This document shows positions 39,360-49,889 of a stretch of 64,000 nucleotides of DNA, one piece after another (position 1 is the first letter of the stretch; every line of letters begins with the position of its first letter). The stretch spans positions 960,001-1,024,000 of the forward strand of contig CBDHDG010000006.1 in assembly GCA_965261595.1 (NCBI GenBank), given 5' to 3'. Under the pieces are notes generated by a model. That model was given only the letters and a program-made list of their open reading frames with translations, was not told the DNA's origin and made no database searches. The position numbers were made by a program, and so were the translations under genes. Source of the DNA: a bacterium. Lineage in GTDB: Bacteria > UBA8248 > JACPRG01 > G963555815.

Positions 39360-40475
39360 TCACCCGGCGGAGGAATCCGGGATGCGCCACCGCTCGCCGA
39401 CGGCCATCAGCCGGACGGCCTCCGGGTCTCCCCCGGCGGCCCGGACCGCCTTCTTCAATTCCTTCGGCGGCTGGTCCACGGGTTCGTTGGTGAGGTCGAA
39501 GGCGCCCCAGTGCATGGGCAGCATCCAGCGGGCGCGAAGCTCTCCGAAGGCCCGGTAGGCCTCGGCGGGGTCCAGGTGGGCGTAGCGCATGAACCACCGG
39601 GGCGCGTAGGCGCCGATGGGCAGCATGGCCGCGTCGATGGGGCCGAACTTCCGGCCGTACTCGGCGAACCCTTGATAGTAACCGCTGTCTCCGGCGAAGA
39701 AGAATTTCCGGCTCTCCGATTCAATCAGCCAGGAGCACCACAGCGTGCTGTTCGCCCCCATGCCGAACCTGTTCGACCAATGCTGGGCCGGAAGACAGGT
39801 CAACTTCCAGCGGCCGCGCCGCGCCGATTGCCACCAGTCGAGCGCCACCACCCGCCTGCCCCGGTCACGGAACCACCCGGCCAGCCCCATGGGCACGTAC
39901 CACGTGACGCTGTCCGGAAGATTTTCCACCGTCCAGGCATCCATGTGGTCGTAATGGTTGTGGGAAAGCAAGGCGAAGGCATCGGCCGGAATTTTCTCTA
40001 TGGGGACGCCGGGCGGATGGAGCCGTTTGGGGAAAAAAGCGCGGGCGCCGAAATGGGGGTCGGTCAGAAACGTGTCGCCGCCGTCCTTGACCACATACGT
40101 ACAATGGCCCACCCAGGTGAAGGAGGTGGAGCGCTCCGGCTCAGACAGATAATCACCGTCATTGGCCACTGTGGGAACGCGGGGCGGCGTCCGCTTCGCC
40201 GTCCACCACTCGTTCCGGTAGAAGAGCCTCATCCGGTAATAGCTCAATGGACCGTGCCGCCTCTTCCACCAGGGGTTGAACCACTCTCCGGGCCGGCCGT
40301 GGGAAGCGTAGAGGGAGTCCGGCGATCCGGAGAGGAGACCTTCTTCCTCGCGCGAGGGAAGCGGCGAAGGGCCGGAGAACCCGAATCGCCCGCACCCGGA
40401 GAGCAGACCCGCCGCGCCGAGACCCGTCCCGGCGGCCAACCGGAGAAACCTTCGTCTGTCGAACCGGCCCTTCAT
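39360..40475 (-). CDS. Tat-exported lipoprotein, MBL-fold hydrolase (NAPE-PLD/RomA-like)
   Basis: DRRRFL twin-Arg motif and LSGC lipobox; WVGH, LTDP, SHNHYDHMD, PAQHWS, GDSGY, PIGAY, PMHWG.F. Confidence 0.88.
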   Translation of the reverse strand: MKGRFDRRRFLRLAAGTGLGAAGLLSGCGRFGFSGPSPLPSREEEGLLSGSPDSLYASHGRPGEWFNPWWKRRHGPLSYYRMRLFYRNEWWTAKRTPPRVPTVANDGDYLSEPERSTSFTWVGHCTYVVKDGGDTFLTDPHFGARAFFPKRLHPPGVPIEKIPADAFALLSHNHYDHMDAWTVENLPDSVTWYVPMGLAGWFRDRGRRVVALDWWQSARRGRWKLTCLPAQHWSNRFGMGANSTLWCSWLIESESRKFFFAGDSGYYQGFAEYGRKFGPIDAAMLPIGAYAPRWFMRYAHLDPAEAYRAFGELRARWMLPMHWGAFDLTNEPVDQPPKELKKAVRAAGGDPEAVRLMAVGERWRIPDSSAG

Positions 40476-40778
40476 CTCCAGACCTCCTGAAATATCCGAG
40501 CGCGGTCCCTTTCTTGAACGGACCTGCATGTCCCCTCTTTTATAGCCCATGGGAAACTCAATGAACATCGCGACCCGGACCCTTCATGCGCCGGTCGGCG
40601 TTGATGTGCGATGGTCATCGCCGCACCTGATTCGATCAAGTGGCCCAAAGTGTTGCAATGATTTGACGAAAGAGACTTTCGAGATTAGACTGAGCAACTC
40701 GATGATCTGGAGGGGGAAACAATCAAAGGTCGCCGGGGCACCCTGGGCCGCCTGGGTGAGCGTGGAGGAATCGCGGCC

Positions 40779-41045
40779 GTGTCCCAACCCACAGTCGTCA
40801 TCTACACGACTGATCCATGCGGATACTGCAAGATGGCGAAAACCCTTTTCGATAAGAAAGGGGTTGCGTATGAAGAGAAAATGGTTTTCGGCGGAACCCC
40901 CGAATGGGAAGAAATGCTGACCGTCACCGACGGCGCCAAGACCGTGCCCCAGGTTCTGATCGATGGCCGGACCGTAGGGGGGTATCCGGATCTGTTGAAA
41001 CTCCAAAAGTCCGGAGAGCTGGATTCGCTCTTGAACCTCGCTTGA
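40779..41045 (+). CDS. grxC: Glutaredoxin 3
   Basis: CGYC, TVPQV.I, GGY.DL. Confidence 0.88.
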   Translation: MSQPTVVIYTTDPCGYCKMAKTLFDKKGVAYEEKMVFGGTPEWEEMLTVTDGAKTVPQVLIDGRTVGGYPDLLKLQKSGELDSLLNLA

Positions 41046-41197
41046 GGGATTCGGGCGTCCTTTGGAGCGCCGGGGGTTTTGTCTCCGGCGCCTGCCAGAC
41101 ATAAACCGCGGAAATCAGCCCCGTGCGGCGAGGCCGCGTCGGGAGGTTTCCTGAGACTTCAACCGAAGCATGATGTCCATTGCTTCGGGGGGGCTGA

Positions 41198-43141
41198 ATG
41201 GTCAAAGACGCAAGTTTGCCTGTAGAGCGCGCTCCGGAACGGGACGCTCTCTCGCGAACCCGGGACACGAAAAAGGTGGTCGATCGCGCCCGGGATTGGA
41301 TGCTGGCGCGTCAGGATCAGGAAGAGGGTTTTTGGGTCGCCGAGCTCCAGGCGGACACAACCCTGACGTCGGACTATGTGATGTTGAGGGCCTTCCTGGG
41401 CGCCCTCGACGAAAGGATCAAGCGGAAAGCCGTCCGGCATCTGGAGATGGAACAGCTTCCCGACGGAGGCTGGAACACCTACGCGGGCGGCCCGTCGGAA
41501 ATCAACGCGACCGTCAAGGCCTACTTCGCCCTCAAGCTGGCGGGGCTCAAGCAGGACGCCCCCATGCTCCTCCGCGCCCTGGAGGCGGTCCACCGGCTGG
41601 GCGGACTCGAGCGAGCCAACCTCTTCACCAAAATCTACCTGGCGCTCCACGGACAAGTGGATTGGGAGCACATTCCATCCATGCCGGTGGAGCTCATCTT
41701 CGCGCCCAACTGGCTTTACATCAACATTTATGAGTTCTCTTACTGGACCCGGACGATCATTGTGCCGTTGTTCATCATCGCGGCCCTTAAACCGAAAAAG
41801 CAGGTCCTCCCCCCGGACGCGTTGAAGGAGCTCTACCTGAGGGGACCCTCCAAAGCGGACTGGTTTCAGAATGGAGACCGGACCTTCCTGCGCACCCTGT
41901 TCATGATCGGGGACTCCGTTCTGAAGTTCCTGGAAAAGAAGCAAATCTCCGAGATCCGGGCCCGCGCCGTCCAGAAGGCCGAAAAATGGATACTTGAGCG
42001 CCATTTCAAGACCGACGGCCTCGGGGCCATCTACCCCGCGATGGCCAACGCCATCATCGCCATGAAGGCCCTGGGGTACGACGAGAAGGAAAATCCCACC
42101 CTGGCCAAAGCCCTCCGGGATTTTGAAGACCTGGTCATCGAAGAACCGGATCATCTTCGGGTCCAGCCCTGCGTATCGCCCGTCTGGGACACCGCCCTCG
42201 CTTGTTACGCCTTGCGGGAAGCCGGGGTCTCCGGCGAGCATCCGGCCCTGGTGAAGGCCGCCAACTGGCTCCTGGACAAACAAACCCGCACCAAGGGCGA
42301 CTGGCAGGTCAAGGGAAACGGCATGCAGGCGGGGGGCTGGTATTTTCAGTTTCAGAACGAGTACTACCCCGACAACGACGACACCAGCGCCGTTCTGATA
42401 GGTCTTCAAAAAATCGACGTCCGTGACGAAAAACGCAAGGCCGAGGCCATCGATCGGGGCCTCCAGTGGGTTCTCCACATGCAGTGCAAGGACGGCGGTT
42501 GGAGCGCCTTCGAGCGAAACGTCAACAAGGTCATTCTGAACAGCATCCCCTACGCCGATCACGGCGCGGTCCTGGACCCCAGCACGTCCGACCTGACGGG
42601 CAGGGTCCTGGAGCTGCTGGGGCGGTTCGGCCACAACAGGACAAGCCCCGCCGTGCGCCGGGCCGTCCGGTTCCTGAAAAAAGAGCAGGAGTACGACGGA
42701 TGCTGGTACGGGCGTTGGGGCGTCAATTACATCTACGGCACCTATCTGGTCCTTCAAGGCCTTGCCAGCGTGAAAGCGGACATGACCGCCCCTTACCTCA
42801 GGAAGGCCGTCCGGTGGCTGATGGATCACCAGAACGAAGACGGGGGCTGGGGCGAAACGATCGCGTCGTACGAAAATCCCGACCTGCGCGGGCAGGGACC
42901 GAGCACGCCCTCCCAAACCGCCTGGGCGATCACCGGACTGATGGCCGCCGGGGAGATCCAACATCCGGCCGTATCGCGGGGCGTCGATTTCCTCCTGGAC
43001 CGACAAACACACGATGGGACCTGGGAAGAAGAAGAATGGACGGGCACGGGCTTCCCCAAGGTCTTTTATCTGCGGTATCACTTCTATCGCCATTACTTCC
43101 CCCTCGCGGCCCTCGGACGCTATCACCGCCTCACCGCTTGA
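41198..43141 (+). CDS. shc: Squalene-hopene cyclase
   Basis: QW repeats, SPVWDT, YPDNDDT (DxDD), GRWGVNYIYGT, GTGFPKVFYL.Y. Confidence 0.96.
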   Translation: MVKDASLPVERAPERDALSRTRDTKKVVDRARDWMLARQDQEEGFWVAELQADTTLTSDYVMLRAFLGALDERIKRKAVRHLEMEQLPDGGWNTYAGGPSEINATVKAYFALKLAGLKQDAPMLLRALEAVHRLGGLERANLFTKIYLALHGQVDWEHIPSMPVELIFAPNWLYINIYEFSYWTRTIIVPLFIIAALKPKKQVLPPDALKELYLRGPSKADWFQNGDRTFLRTLFMIGDSVLKFLEKKQISEIRARAVQKAEKWILERHFKTDGLGAIYPAMANAIIAMKALGYDEKENPTLAKALRDFEDLVIEEPDHLRVQPCVSPVWDTALACYALREAGVSGEHPALVKAANWLLDKQTRTKGDWQVKGNGMQAGGWYFQFQNEYYPDNDDTSAVLIGLQKIDVRDEKRKAEAIDRGLQWVLHMQCKDGGWSAFERNVNKVILNSIPYADHGAVLDPSTSDLTGRVLELLGRFGHNRTSPAVRRAVRFLKKEQEYDGCWYGRWGVNYIYGTYLVLQGLASVKADMTAPYLRKAVRWLMDHQNEDGGWGETIASYENPDLRGQGPSTPSQTAWAITGLMAAGEIQHPAVSRGVDFLLDRQTHDGTWEEEEWTGTGFPKVFYLRYHFYRHYFPLAALGRYHRLTA

Positions 43142-43156
43142 ATCGAAGGTCTACCG

Positions 43157-43921
43157 GTGGCGCCGACCCCCCCCCCCCAGCCCGCGACGCCCCTCATCGG
43201 AATCCTCTCCGCTTTCCGAACGGAGGTGTCCACCCTCGCCGGAAGCCTGACCTCTCCCGGCAGGCTCCTCATCGGCGGAAGAAGGGCCTGGCGGGGGCGA
43301 CTCGGACGCCTCGGCCTCATCGTCCTTCCCGGAGGCATGGGCGGGGAGAAGGCGGCGGCGGCCTCCAGGGCCCTGCTCGACCGGGGCGTATCGGCGCTCC
43401 TTTGCGTCGGAGCGGCCGGCGCCCTGGACGACCGGCTCCAAGTGGGAGACATCGTTATCGCGGAGTGGGTGGTCTCGGCGGGCGACCCCGCGTCGCGCAG
43501 GTCATGCGACCCCGCCATGGCCGACAGGGCCAAAAGGATCGCGGCCGAAGGGGGGGGGGGATTCGGAACGTTCGCGGGCGGGCTGGCCGGCGCGGCTGAG
43601 CCCGCAACGACCCCCGGCGAGAAAGCGCGATTGCGGGCCGCCACCGGCGCGCTGGCCGTGGATCTGGAGAGCGCGGCGGCGGCCGAAGCGGCCGGCGGCG
43701 TCCCGTTCCTGGCCATCCGGGTCATCACCGACGATTCCCGGACCACACTCCCCGACTTCCGCTCCGGCTGGAAAAAACCCGCCAGGCTGCTCAAGGACGG
43801 GGCGGGGTTTGTCGGGCGGATCGCGTCGATGCGCCGGGCCCTTCGCACGCATCAGGAATTCCTGCGCCTCTTCCTCGACCGCCTCGCTTCCGCCAACAAC
43901 GGCCCGACGCCCGGCGCATAA
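43157..43921 (+). CDS. hpnG: Hopanoid-associated nucleoside phosphorylase
   Basis: PNP/UDP-like G.AGAL...GD, AVDLES, IRVITD; directly after shc. Confidence 0.75.
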   Translation: MAPTPPPQPATPLIGILSAFRTEVSTLAGSLTSPGRLLIGGRRAWRGRLGRLGLIVLPGGMGGEKAAAASRALLDRGVSALLCVGAAGALDDRLQVGDIVIAEWVVSAGDPASRRSCDPAMADRAKRIAAEGGGGFGTFAGGLAGAAEPATTPGEKARLRAATGALAVDLESAAAAEAAGGVPFLAIRVITDDSRTTLPDFRSGWKKPARLLKDGAGFVGRIASMRRALRTHQEFLRLFLDRLASANNGPTPGA

Positions 43922-44232
43922 CCACGCGGCGGCTCATGAAGGGGGCGGCGATGGAAAGATTGGACACTTCGGGCGGGCTCCGCCAGACCGCCGAACCACT
44001 TCCGCGGCGGCTTTGACAGAGCGGAAGGGGTCCCCTAAAGTGAGGCTTGCGGAGACCATCTTCCGGCCCATTCGGCGTTATTCGGGACGCCCGCCTCGCT
44101 GATCCAACCGGGTGTCGGGGGAGGGGGGGGGAGAGGGGGACGCACTCCTCCGCATCAGGTGTGGACCCCAGGGGGAAACCGAAAACCCGGCGCCGTCAAT
44201 CCGACCGACGCCGATTCACGGAGTATGGATGA

Positions 44233-45216
44233 ATGGCAAAGAGAACAGAAAAACGGGAAGGCGCCCTCTGGCCCGCGCTGAGAGAATACTGGCATCCGGT
44301 GGCCTTCGCGGACGAGCTCAAGGACGATAAACCCCTGGCGGTCACGCTTCTGGACGAGCGCCTGGCCATCTGCCGGCTGGGCGGCAAGCCGCGGGCGTTC
44401 TATGACCTTTGCGTCCACCGGGGGACCCCCATCTCCCTGGGATGGGTCGAAGGGGAGAGCGTCGTCTGCGCCTACCACGGCTGGGCCTACGACAGCGGGG
44501 GTCAATGCACGCGCATCCCCTCGGTTCCCGATGGACACCCCATTCCGAAAAAGGCCTGCCTGACCTCATTCCTCTGCGAGGAGAAGTACGGCATCATCTG
44601 GGTCTGCATGTCGGAGAAACCCAAGACGCCCATCGCCGATTATCCGGAGTTCGACGATGGCGACTACGACGTTTTCGTCAAAGACAAGGACACGTGGGAT
44701 TGCAGCTCCGCCCGGGCCATCGAGAACTTCGTCGACCAGGCCCACTTTCCCTGGGTTCACGAGGGGATTCTGGGGGACCGCGAGCATACCGTCACGCCGG
44801 AAATCGAGCTCGAGCGGGACGGCGAGGCGCTTCTCATCCGACGTCAGGACCTCCCCACCAAGTTCCACCCAGTGCCCCACGTCCGCAATTACCGCCTCAC
44901 GCGGCCCTTCACCATCTACCAAAGGAAAGAAGAGGACAACGGCAACGCCGAGTGCTTCTATTTCGTCGTGACCCCCCATTCGGCCAAGAAAACCACTTGG
45001 TACTTCTTGATCGCCCGGAACTTCGACCCGGAGGCGATGGGCGTCCAGGGGGAAGAGCACTTTTACCGGACCATCCTCGAGCAGGACCTGGTCATTCTGA
45101 AAGAGCAACGGCCGGAGGAGCTGCCCCTCGACCTGAGCGAAGATCTCCACATCAAAGGACCGGACGCGGTGGCCTTGGCCTACCGAAGACTCCTGGCGGA
45201 ATTGGACGTCGAGTAA
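44233..45216 (+). CDS. Rieske non-heme iron oxygenase (VanA-like)
   Basis: CVHRG...CAYHGW Rieske motif; ENFVD.AHF.WVH iron site. Confidence 0.9.
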   Translation: MAKRTEKREGALWPALREYWHPVAFADELKDDKPLAVTLLDERLAICRLGGKPRAFYDLCVHRGTPISLGWVEGESVVCAYHGWAYDSGGQCTRIPSVPDGHPIPKKACLTSFLCEEKYGIIWVCMSEKPKTPIADYPEFDDGDYDVFVKDKDTWDCSSARAIENFVDQAHFPWVHEGILGDREHTVTPEIELERDGEALLIRRQDLPTKFHPVPHVRNYRLTRPFTIYQRKEEDNGNAECFYFVVTPHSAKKTTWYFLIARNFDPEAMGVQGEEHFYRTILEQDLVILKEQRPEELPLDLSEDLHIKGPDAVALAYRRLLAELDVE

Positions 45217-45372
45217 TAAGCCGGTGTGATGGGTCCGGCGAAATGCCCCGAAGCGTCCCGAACCGGGCGGACTCCCCCCCCCGTGTCGGCCCGTCATCCA
45301 TGACGAAGTGATGAGGTCGTGGGGACACGGGCTGCGCCCCCCCCTTCCCGCCTCTGCGGGTCTTCTTGGGAT

Positions 45373-47631
45373 TCAACCGGGTCGGATGATCTTGTCGGAG
45401 GTCAACGGAAGGTCCCGGACGCGGACCCCGGTGGCGTGATAGACGGCGTTGGCGACCGCGGCGGCCGTGGGGTTGATGGGCGCTTCGGAGCACCCCTTGG
45501 CCCCGTACGGGCCGATGGGGTCGTTGGACTCGATGAGGATCGAGTGGACCTTGGGGGAAAACTCGGCGTTGGGGAGTGAATAATCGGCCAGGCTGCCGTT
45601 CACCGCTTGGCCTTCGGCGTATTGCAACCCCTCGGTGACGGCGTAGCCGAGCCCCTGGATCACCGCGCCGTGCACCTGCCCGTCCGCCGTCAGGGGATTC
45701 AGGACGAACCCCACGTCGTCGGCCGCCCAGATGTCCAGCACCTCCACCTGGCCGGTCTGCATGTCCACTTCCACTTCAACCGCCTGGGCGGTGAACTCGT
45801 AAGCGGGGGCGAAGTTCCCGTACAGCCCCTTGTCGAGGACAAAATCGTTCGGGGCATCGTAGACGCCGTGACCGACGACGGGCTTTCCGTTCTTCCGGAA
45901 CAGGCCGGACGCGACCGTGTCGGCGACGGAGACCCTACGGTCGGGGGCGTTCTCGACGAAGACGAAGCCGTCCCGCATGCTCAGATCCTCGGGGCGGGCC
46001 TCGAGTTGTTCGGCCGCCCCTTCGAGAATCTGCCGCCGCGCGTCCTGCGCCGCAATGCGCGCCGCGTTCCCGCCGATCACCGTGAGCCGGCTCGCGTACG
46101 CCCCGAAGCTGTAGGGGCTCGTGTCCGTGTCGGCCGCGGATATCACCACGTCCCGGACGGACATGCCCAGCTCCTCGGCGACAATCTGGGTGAGGACCGT
46201 TTTGGCCCCCTGGCCGATGTCTCCCTCCCCGCATATCAGCACCGCGCCGCCGTCCTCGTTGATCCTTACGTCCATGCACGCCCCGTCCCAATCCCCGTAA
46301 ACGCGGGCGCCGCTGGTGTGGATGGCGCAGGCCAGACCGATCCCTCGCCGCTTGGCGCCGGTCCCGGCCGCGGCCCGCTTGGCATCCCAGCCGCAATCGT
46401 CGAGGACCCTCCGGATGCACCGCTCCATCTCGCAGGACTCGATCTTCCATCCGTGCACGGTGGTGTCGCCGACCCGGGTGCAGTTTCTGAGCCGCAGCTC
46501 GGCCGGGTCCAGGCCGGCGACTTCGGCCAGGGCGTCGAGGTGCTGTTCCAGCGCGAAGCCCATCTGCGGGTTCCCGTATCCGCGAAAGGCGCCCTTCGGC
46601 GTGGTGTGGGTGTAGACGAGCAGACCCTCGGTGTGGAGGTTCTTTTGCCGGTAATGGTTGTCCATCCGCATGATGCCGGCCCCGAGAATCCCGAGACACT
46701 TGCCGACGTAGCACCCCGTATCGGCCACGACCCGGCATTCCTTCGCGGTGATTTTCCCGTCCCGCTTGATCCCCATTTTGAGGTCGATCTTCATCGGGAC
46801 GCGGGGGCGTCCGGCCTGGAACTCTTCGAGACGGGTGTTCACCAGCTTCACGGGGGCGTCGGCCTTTCGGGCGAGCAGCGAGGCGATCATCGTCAGCGGC
46901 TCGTCCACGTACTTCCCGCCGAACGCGCCGCCCACGGCCGACTGGATCACCCGGACCTTCGACAGGGGGACGCCGATGGCCTTGGCGATCTTCTTGCGGG
47001 CGTAAAAGATGGCCTGGCAGGGCGTCCAGACTGTCAGGCGGCCTTCCCGGTCCCACCGGGACAACGCCCCGATGGGCTCCATGTAGGCCTGGGAGACGAC
47101 TGAGGTCCGGTAGGTTTCCTCCAGGACCACGTCCGCCTCGCGAAAGCCTCCGGCGGGATCGCCGCGCGTGAATTCAATCGGCGCGGCCAGGTTGCCGGAT
47201 TCGTGAACCTTCGGCGCGTCCGGCGCCAGCGCGGCCTCGGTGTCCAGAACGGCGGGAAGGGGCTCATACTCCACATCGATCAATCCCAGCGCGTCCAGGG
47301 CCGCGGCCTCGTCCACCGCCGCGACGGCCGCCACTTCGTGGCCCACGAACAGGGCGCGGTAGATCGCCAGCGTTGTCTGATCGTCGATGACCGATCCCCA
47401 CAGAATGGGAGGGACGTCCCGGCCGGTCAGGACCGCCTTGACCCCCGGAAGGCCGAGGGCGCGGGCCACATCGAGATGAACGATGCGCGCATGCGCATAG
47501 GGACTCCTGAGCACCTTGGCGTGAAGCATCCGCGGAAGCGTCATGTCCGCCACGTATTCGAGCGCCCCCGTGACCTTGTGGGGCGCATCGACCATCGGCG
47601 TCGATTTTCCGATCACTGAATATTCAGGCAT
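45373..47631 (-). CDS. Xanthine dehydrogenase family molybdopterin-binding subunit
   Basis: KVTG..Y.AD, RSPYAHA, GGAFGGK, AFRGYG.PQ, GQG, QGLG, GAKG..E. Confidence 0.92.
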   Translation of the reverse strand: MPEYSVIGKSTPMVDAPHKVTGALEYVADMTLPRMLHAKVLRSPYAHARIVHLDVARALGLPGVKAVLTGRDVPPILWGSVIDDQTTLAIYRALFVGHEVAAVAAVDEAAALDALGLIDVEYEPLPAVLDTEAALAPDAPKVHESGNLAAPIEFTRGDPAGGFREADVVLEETYRTSVVSQAYMEPIGALSRWDREGRLTVWTPCQAIFYARKKIAKAIGVPLSKVRVIQSAVGGAFGGKYVDEPLTMIASLLARKADAPVKLVNTRLEEFQAGRPRVPMKIDLKMGIKRDGKITAKECRVVADTGCYVGKCLGILGAGIMRMDNHYRQKNLHTEGLLVYTHTTPKGAFRGYGNPQMGFALEQHLDALAEVAGLDPAELRLRNCTRVGDTTVHGWKIESCEMERCIRRVLDDCGWDAKRAAAGTGAKRRGIGLACAIHTSGARVYGDWDGACMDVRINEDGGAVLICGEGDIGQGAKTVLTQIVAEELGMSVRDVVISAADTDTSPYSFGAYASRLTVIGGNAARIAAQDARRQILEGAAEQLEARPEDLSMRDGFVFVENAPDRRVSVADTVASGLFRKNGKPVVGHGVYDAPNDFVLDKGLYGNFAPAYEFTAQAVEVEVDMQTGQVEVLDIWAADDVGFVLNPLTADGQVHGAVIQGLGYAVTEGLQYAEGQAVNGSLADYSLPNAEFSPKVHSILIESNDPIGPYGAKGCSEAPINPTAAAVANAVYHATGVRVRDLPLTSDKIIRPG

Positions 47632-47811
47632 GGCTTCTTCCCACGCGGCGTGATTCCAACCGCCCCGCCGCAAAGACGCGACCTTCTGACGCAATCCCGG
47701 TTGCAACCGGAACCATTTCAAGGGTAACGAACCGCCGGAATTCCGTCAACAACGGATTCGACAACGGTGATGTACCGTTTTGTGTGTAGAAAGTGTTTTC
47801 GGGCAAAAAGA

Positions 47812-48665
47812 GAGGGTGTACTCTTCCTGGGAGCAAGAAACCCATTTTGGAGGAGCACACCCAATGCAACCGAAGTTGCTTTTTGGGGATAAGGATTTGG
47901 GCCGGGCATTTCAAGAGCTGAATGAGAGGTGGGAGGTGGAGTTGCCCATCGAGGCGAGCCTGAAAGGGTTTTTGGAGGGCCTGATGGCCGAGGAGCGGGC
48001 CGTCTACCTGGCGGCCGGGTTCCGGGAGCGCACGCCCAAGCGGCGCGACTGGGCCAACGGCCACTACGTCCGGGACCTGGGGGACCGAGGGGGGGCTGAT
48101 CCGCGCCCTGCGTGTGCCCCGGGTTCGCGGCGGCGGCTTTCAGAGCCGGGCGTTCGCGCTACCGGCGCCGCCGGGCGGTGGTGGACCGCACGCTTCGCGA
48201 TTGCTTCCTGGCCGGGGTGTCCACCCGCCGGGTGGGGGCGTGCGTGAAGGGGTTGTTGGGTGAAGCGGTGAGCGCCTCCACCGTCTCGCGGGTGTGCACG
48301 GCGCTCAGCCGAGACGTTGCGGCGTTCCACGACCGCCCTTTGAGCGACCACTACCGTTGTGTGTTCCTGGATGGCCTGGCTTTCAAGGTGCGCGGGGCGT
48401 CGAGAAGCCGGCGCAAGGTCCTTTTGTGCGCGATGGGCGTCACACTCGCGGGCCGGCGGGAGATCATCGACTTCCGTCTGGCCGACTCGGAGAGCGAGGC
48501 CACGTGGACGAAGTTCCTCGACGACCTCTACCACCGGGGGCTTTTGGGTCACTCCCTTCGCCTCATCATCACCGACGGCAACCCGGGGCTGTTGGCGGCG
48601 CTGGAGGTGGTCTACCCCTTCACGCCCCATCAGCGGTGCTGATTTCATAAGATGGAAAACATGGT
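47812..48665 (+). mobile_element. Truncated, frameshifted IS256-family element
   Basis: GAGGGTGT left end; NG.Y.R, GVSTRRV, FLDG, ITDG..GL, QRC followed by a premature TGA; no right end seen. Confidence 0.82.
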
Positions 48666-49889
48666 TAAAATATCTCACCTCGCCAATGGTGCGACCGAGA
48701 ACGCTGTGATGAGATAAAGTGTTGTAAACATTGAATTTATTTTTCATTATCCCGACTCTTGCTCCTTGCATTCCCGCAACGCTTGTGCTCAAATACGCAC
48801 CGATTTGATGCAGCGTGTGTTCTATTTGATTACGGAATTGCATACCGAATCACCATAGAACAAAGGCAAGGAGCGACCATGCCCAGAAGGAGCGAGCTCA
48901 GGATCACCAAACGCACCGTGGATGCACTCACCGTCGATGCCAAGGATGGCGTCTTCTGGGACCGGGACCTGGCGGGCTTCGGGGTGCGGGTCCATGCCAC
49001 GGGTCGCAAGGTCTACGTAGTGCAGTCCCGGGGGCCGGCCGGACCGAAGCGAGTGACCCTCGGACGGCATGGGGACATGTCGACCGAGGAGGCGAGGAAG
49101 CGGGCGGCTGTGGTCATCGACCGCATCAAGCGGGGGGAGGACCCCGTGCCCGCGCCGCCCGAGCCGGAGCTCACGTTGGCCGAACTGTCCGAACGGTTCC
49201 TGCGCACCCATGTCAAAGCCGAGCACCGTTGCAACGTACCGGAGCGTGCTCGACAAGCACATTCTTCCCACCCTGGGCGCGATGTCAATCAACGAGGTAG
49301 GACGAAGAGAGATTTCCGCGCTGCATCACCGGCTTCGTGACACGCCTGCAATGGCCAACCGGACGGTCAAGGTTCTGTCGAGAATGTTCTCGTTGGCGGA
49401 AGCCTGGGAAAGACTGCCGCCCGGCCGGAATCCGTGCCGGTCGGTGCGCCGCTACAAGGAGAGGTCGTGCGAGCGGTTTCTGACGCCGGAGGAGTTCCGG
49501 CGGCTGGGCCGTGTGTTGAGGGACGCGGAAACGGACGGCTCGGTGTGGCCGCCGGTGATTGCGGCGCTCCGGCTGCTGCTGCTGACCGGATGCCGGAAGA
49601 GCGAGATCCTGACGTTGCGCTGGGACGACGTGGACCGCACGGCGGGCGAGTTGAGGCTCAGGGACGCCAAGTCGGGTCCGCGCATGGCGCCCCTAACCGG
49701 GCACGTGCTGAGAGTGCTTAACGGCATTCCCCGTATCGAAGGCACTCCCTGGGTGCTTGTCGGACAAAGGCCGGGGACCGGTCTGACGAACCTCGACCAC
49801 TACTGGCAACCCATCCGGGCGCAGGCCGGCTTGGATGACGTCCGGATTCACGACATCCGGCACAGCTATGCATCGAGGGCCCTGGCGCT

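Noticed and set aside
48640..48642. In-frame TGA after QRC in the IS256 fragment
   Set aside because: Best read as TGG to TGA in an already frameshifted, truncated transposase.
47640..48870. tRNA or att site at the island's left boundary
   Set aside because: No cloverleaf or direct repeat recognised by eye.
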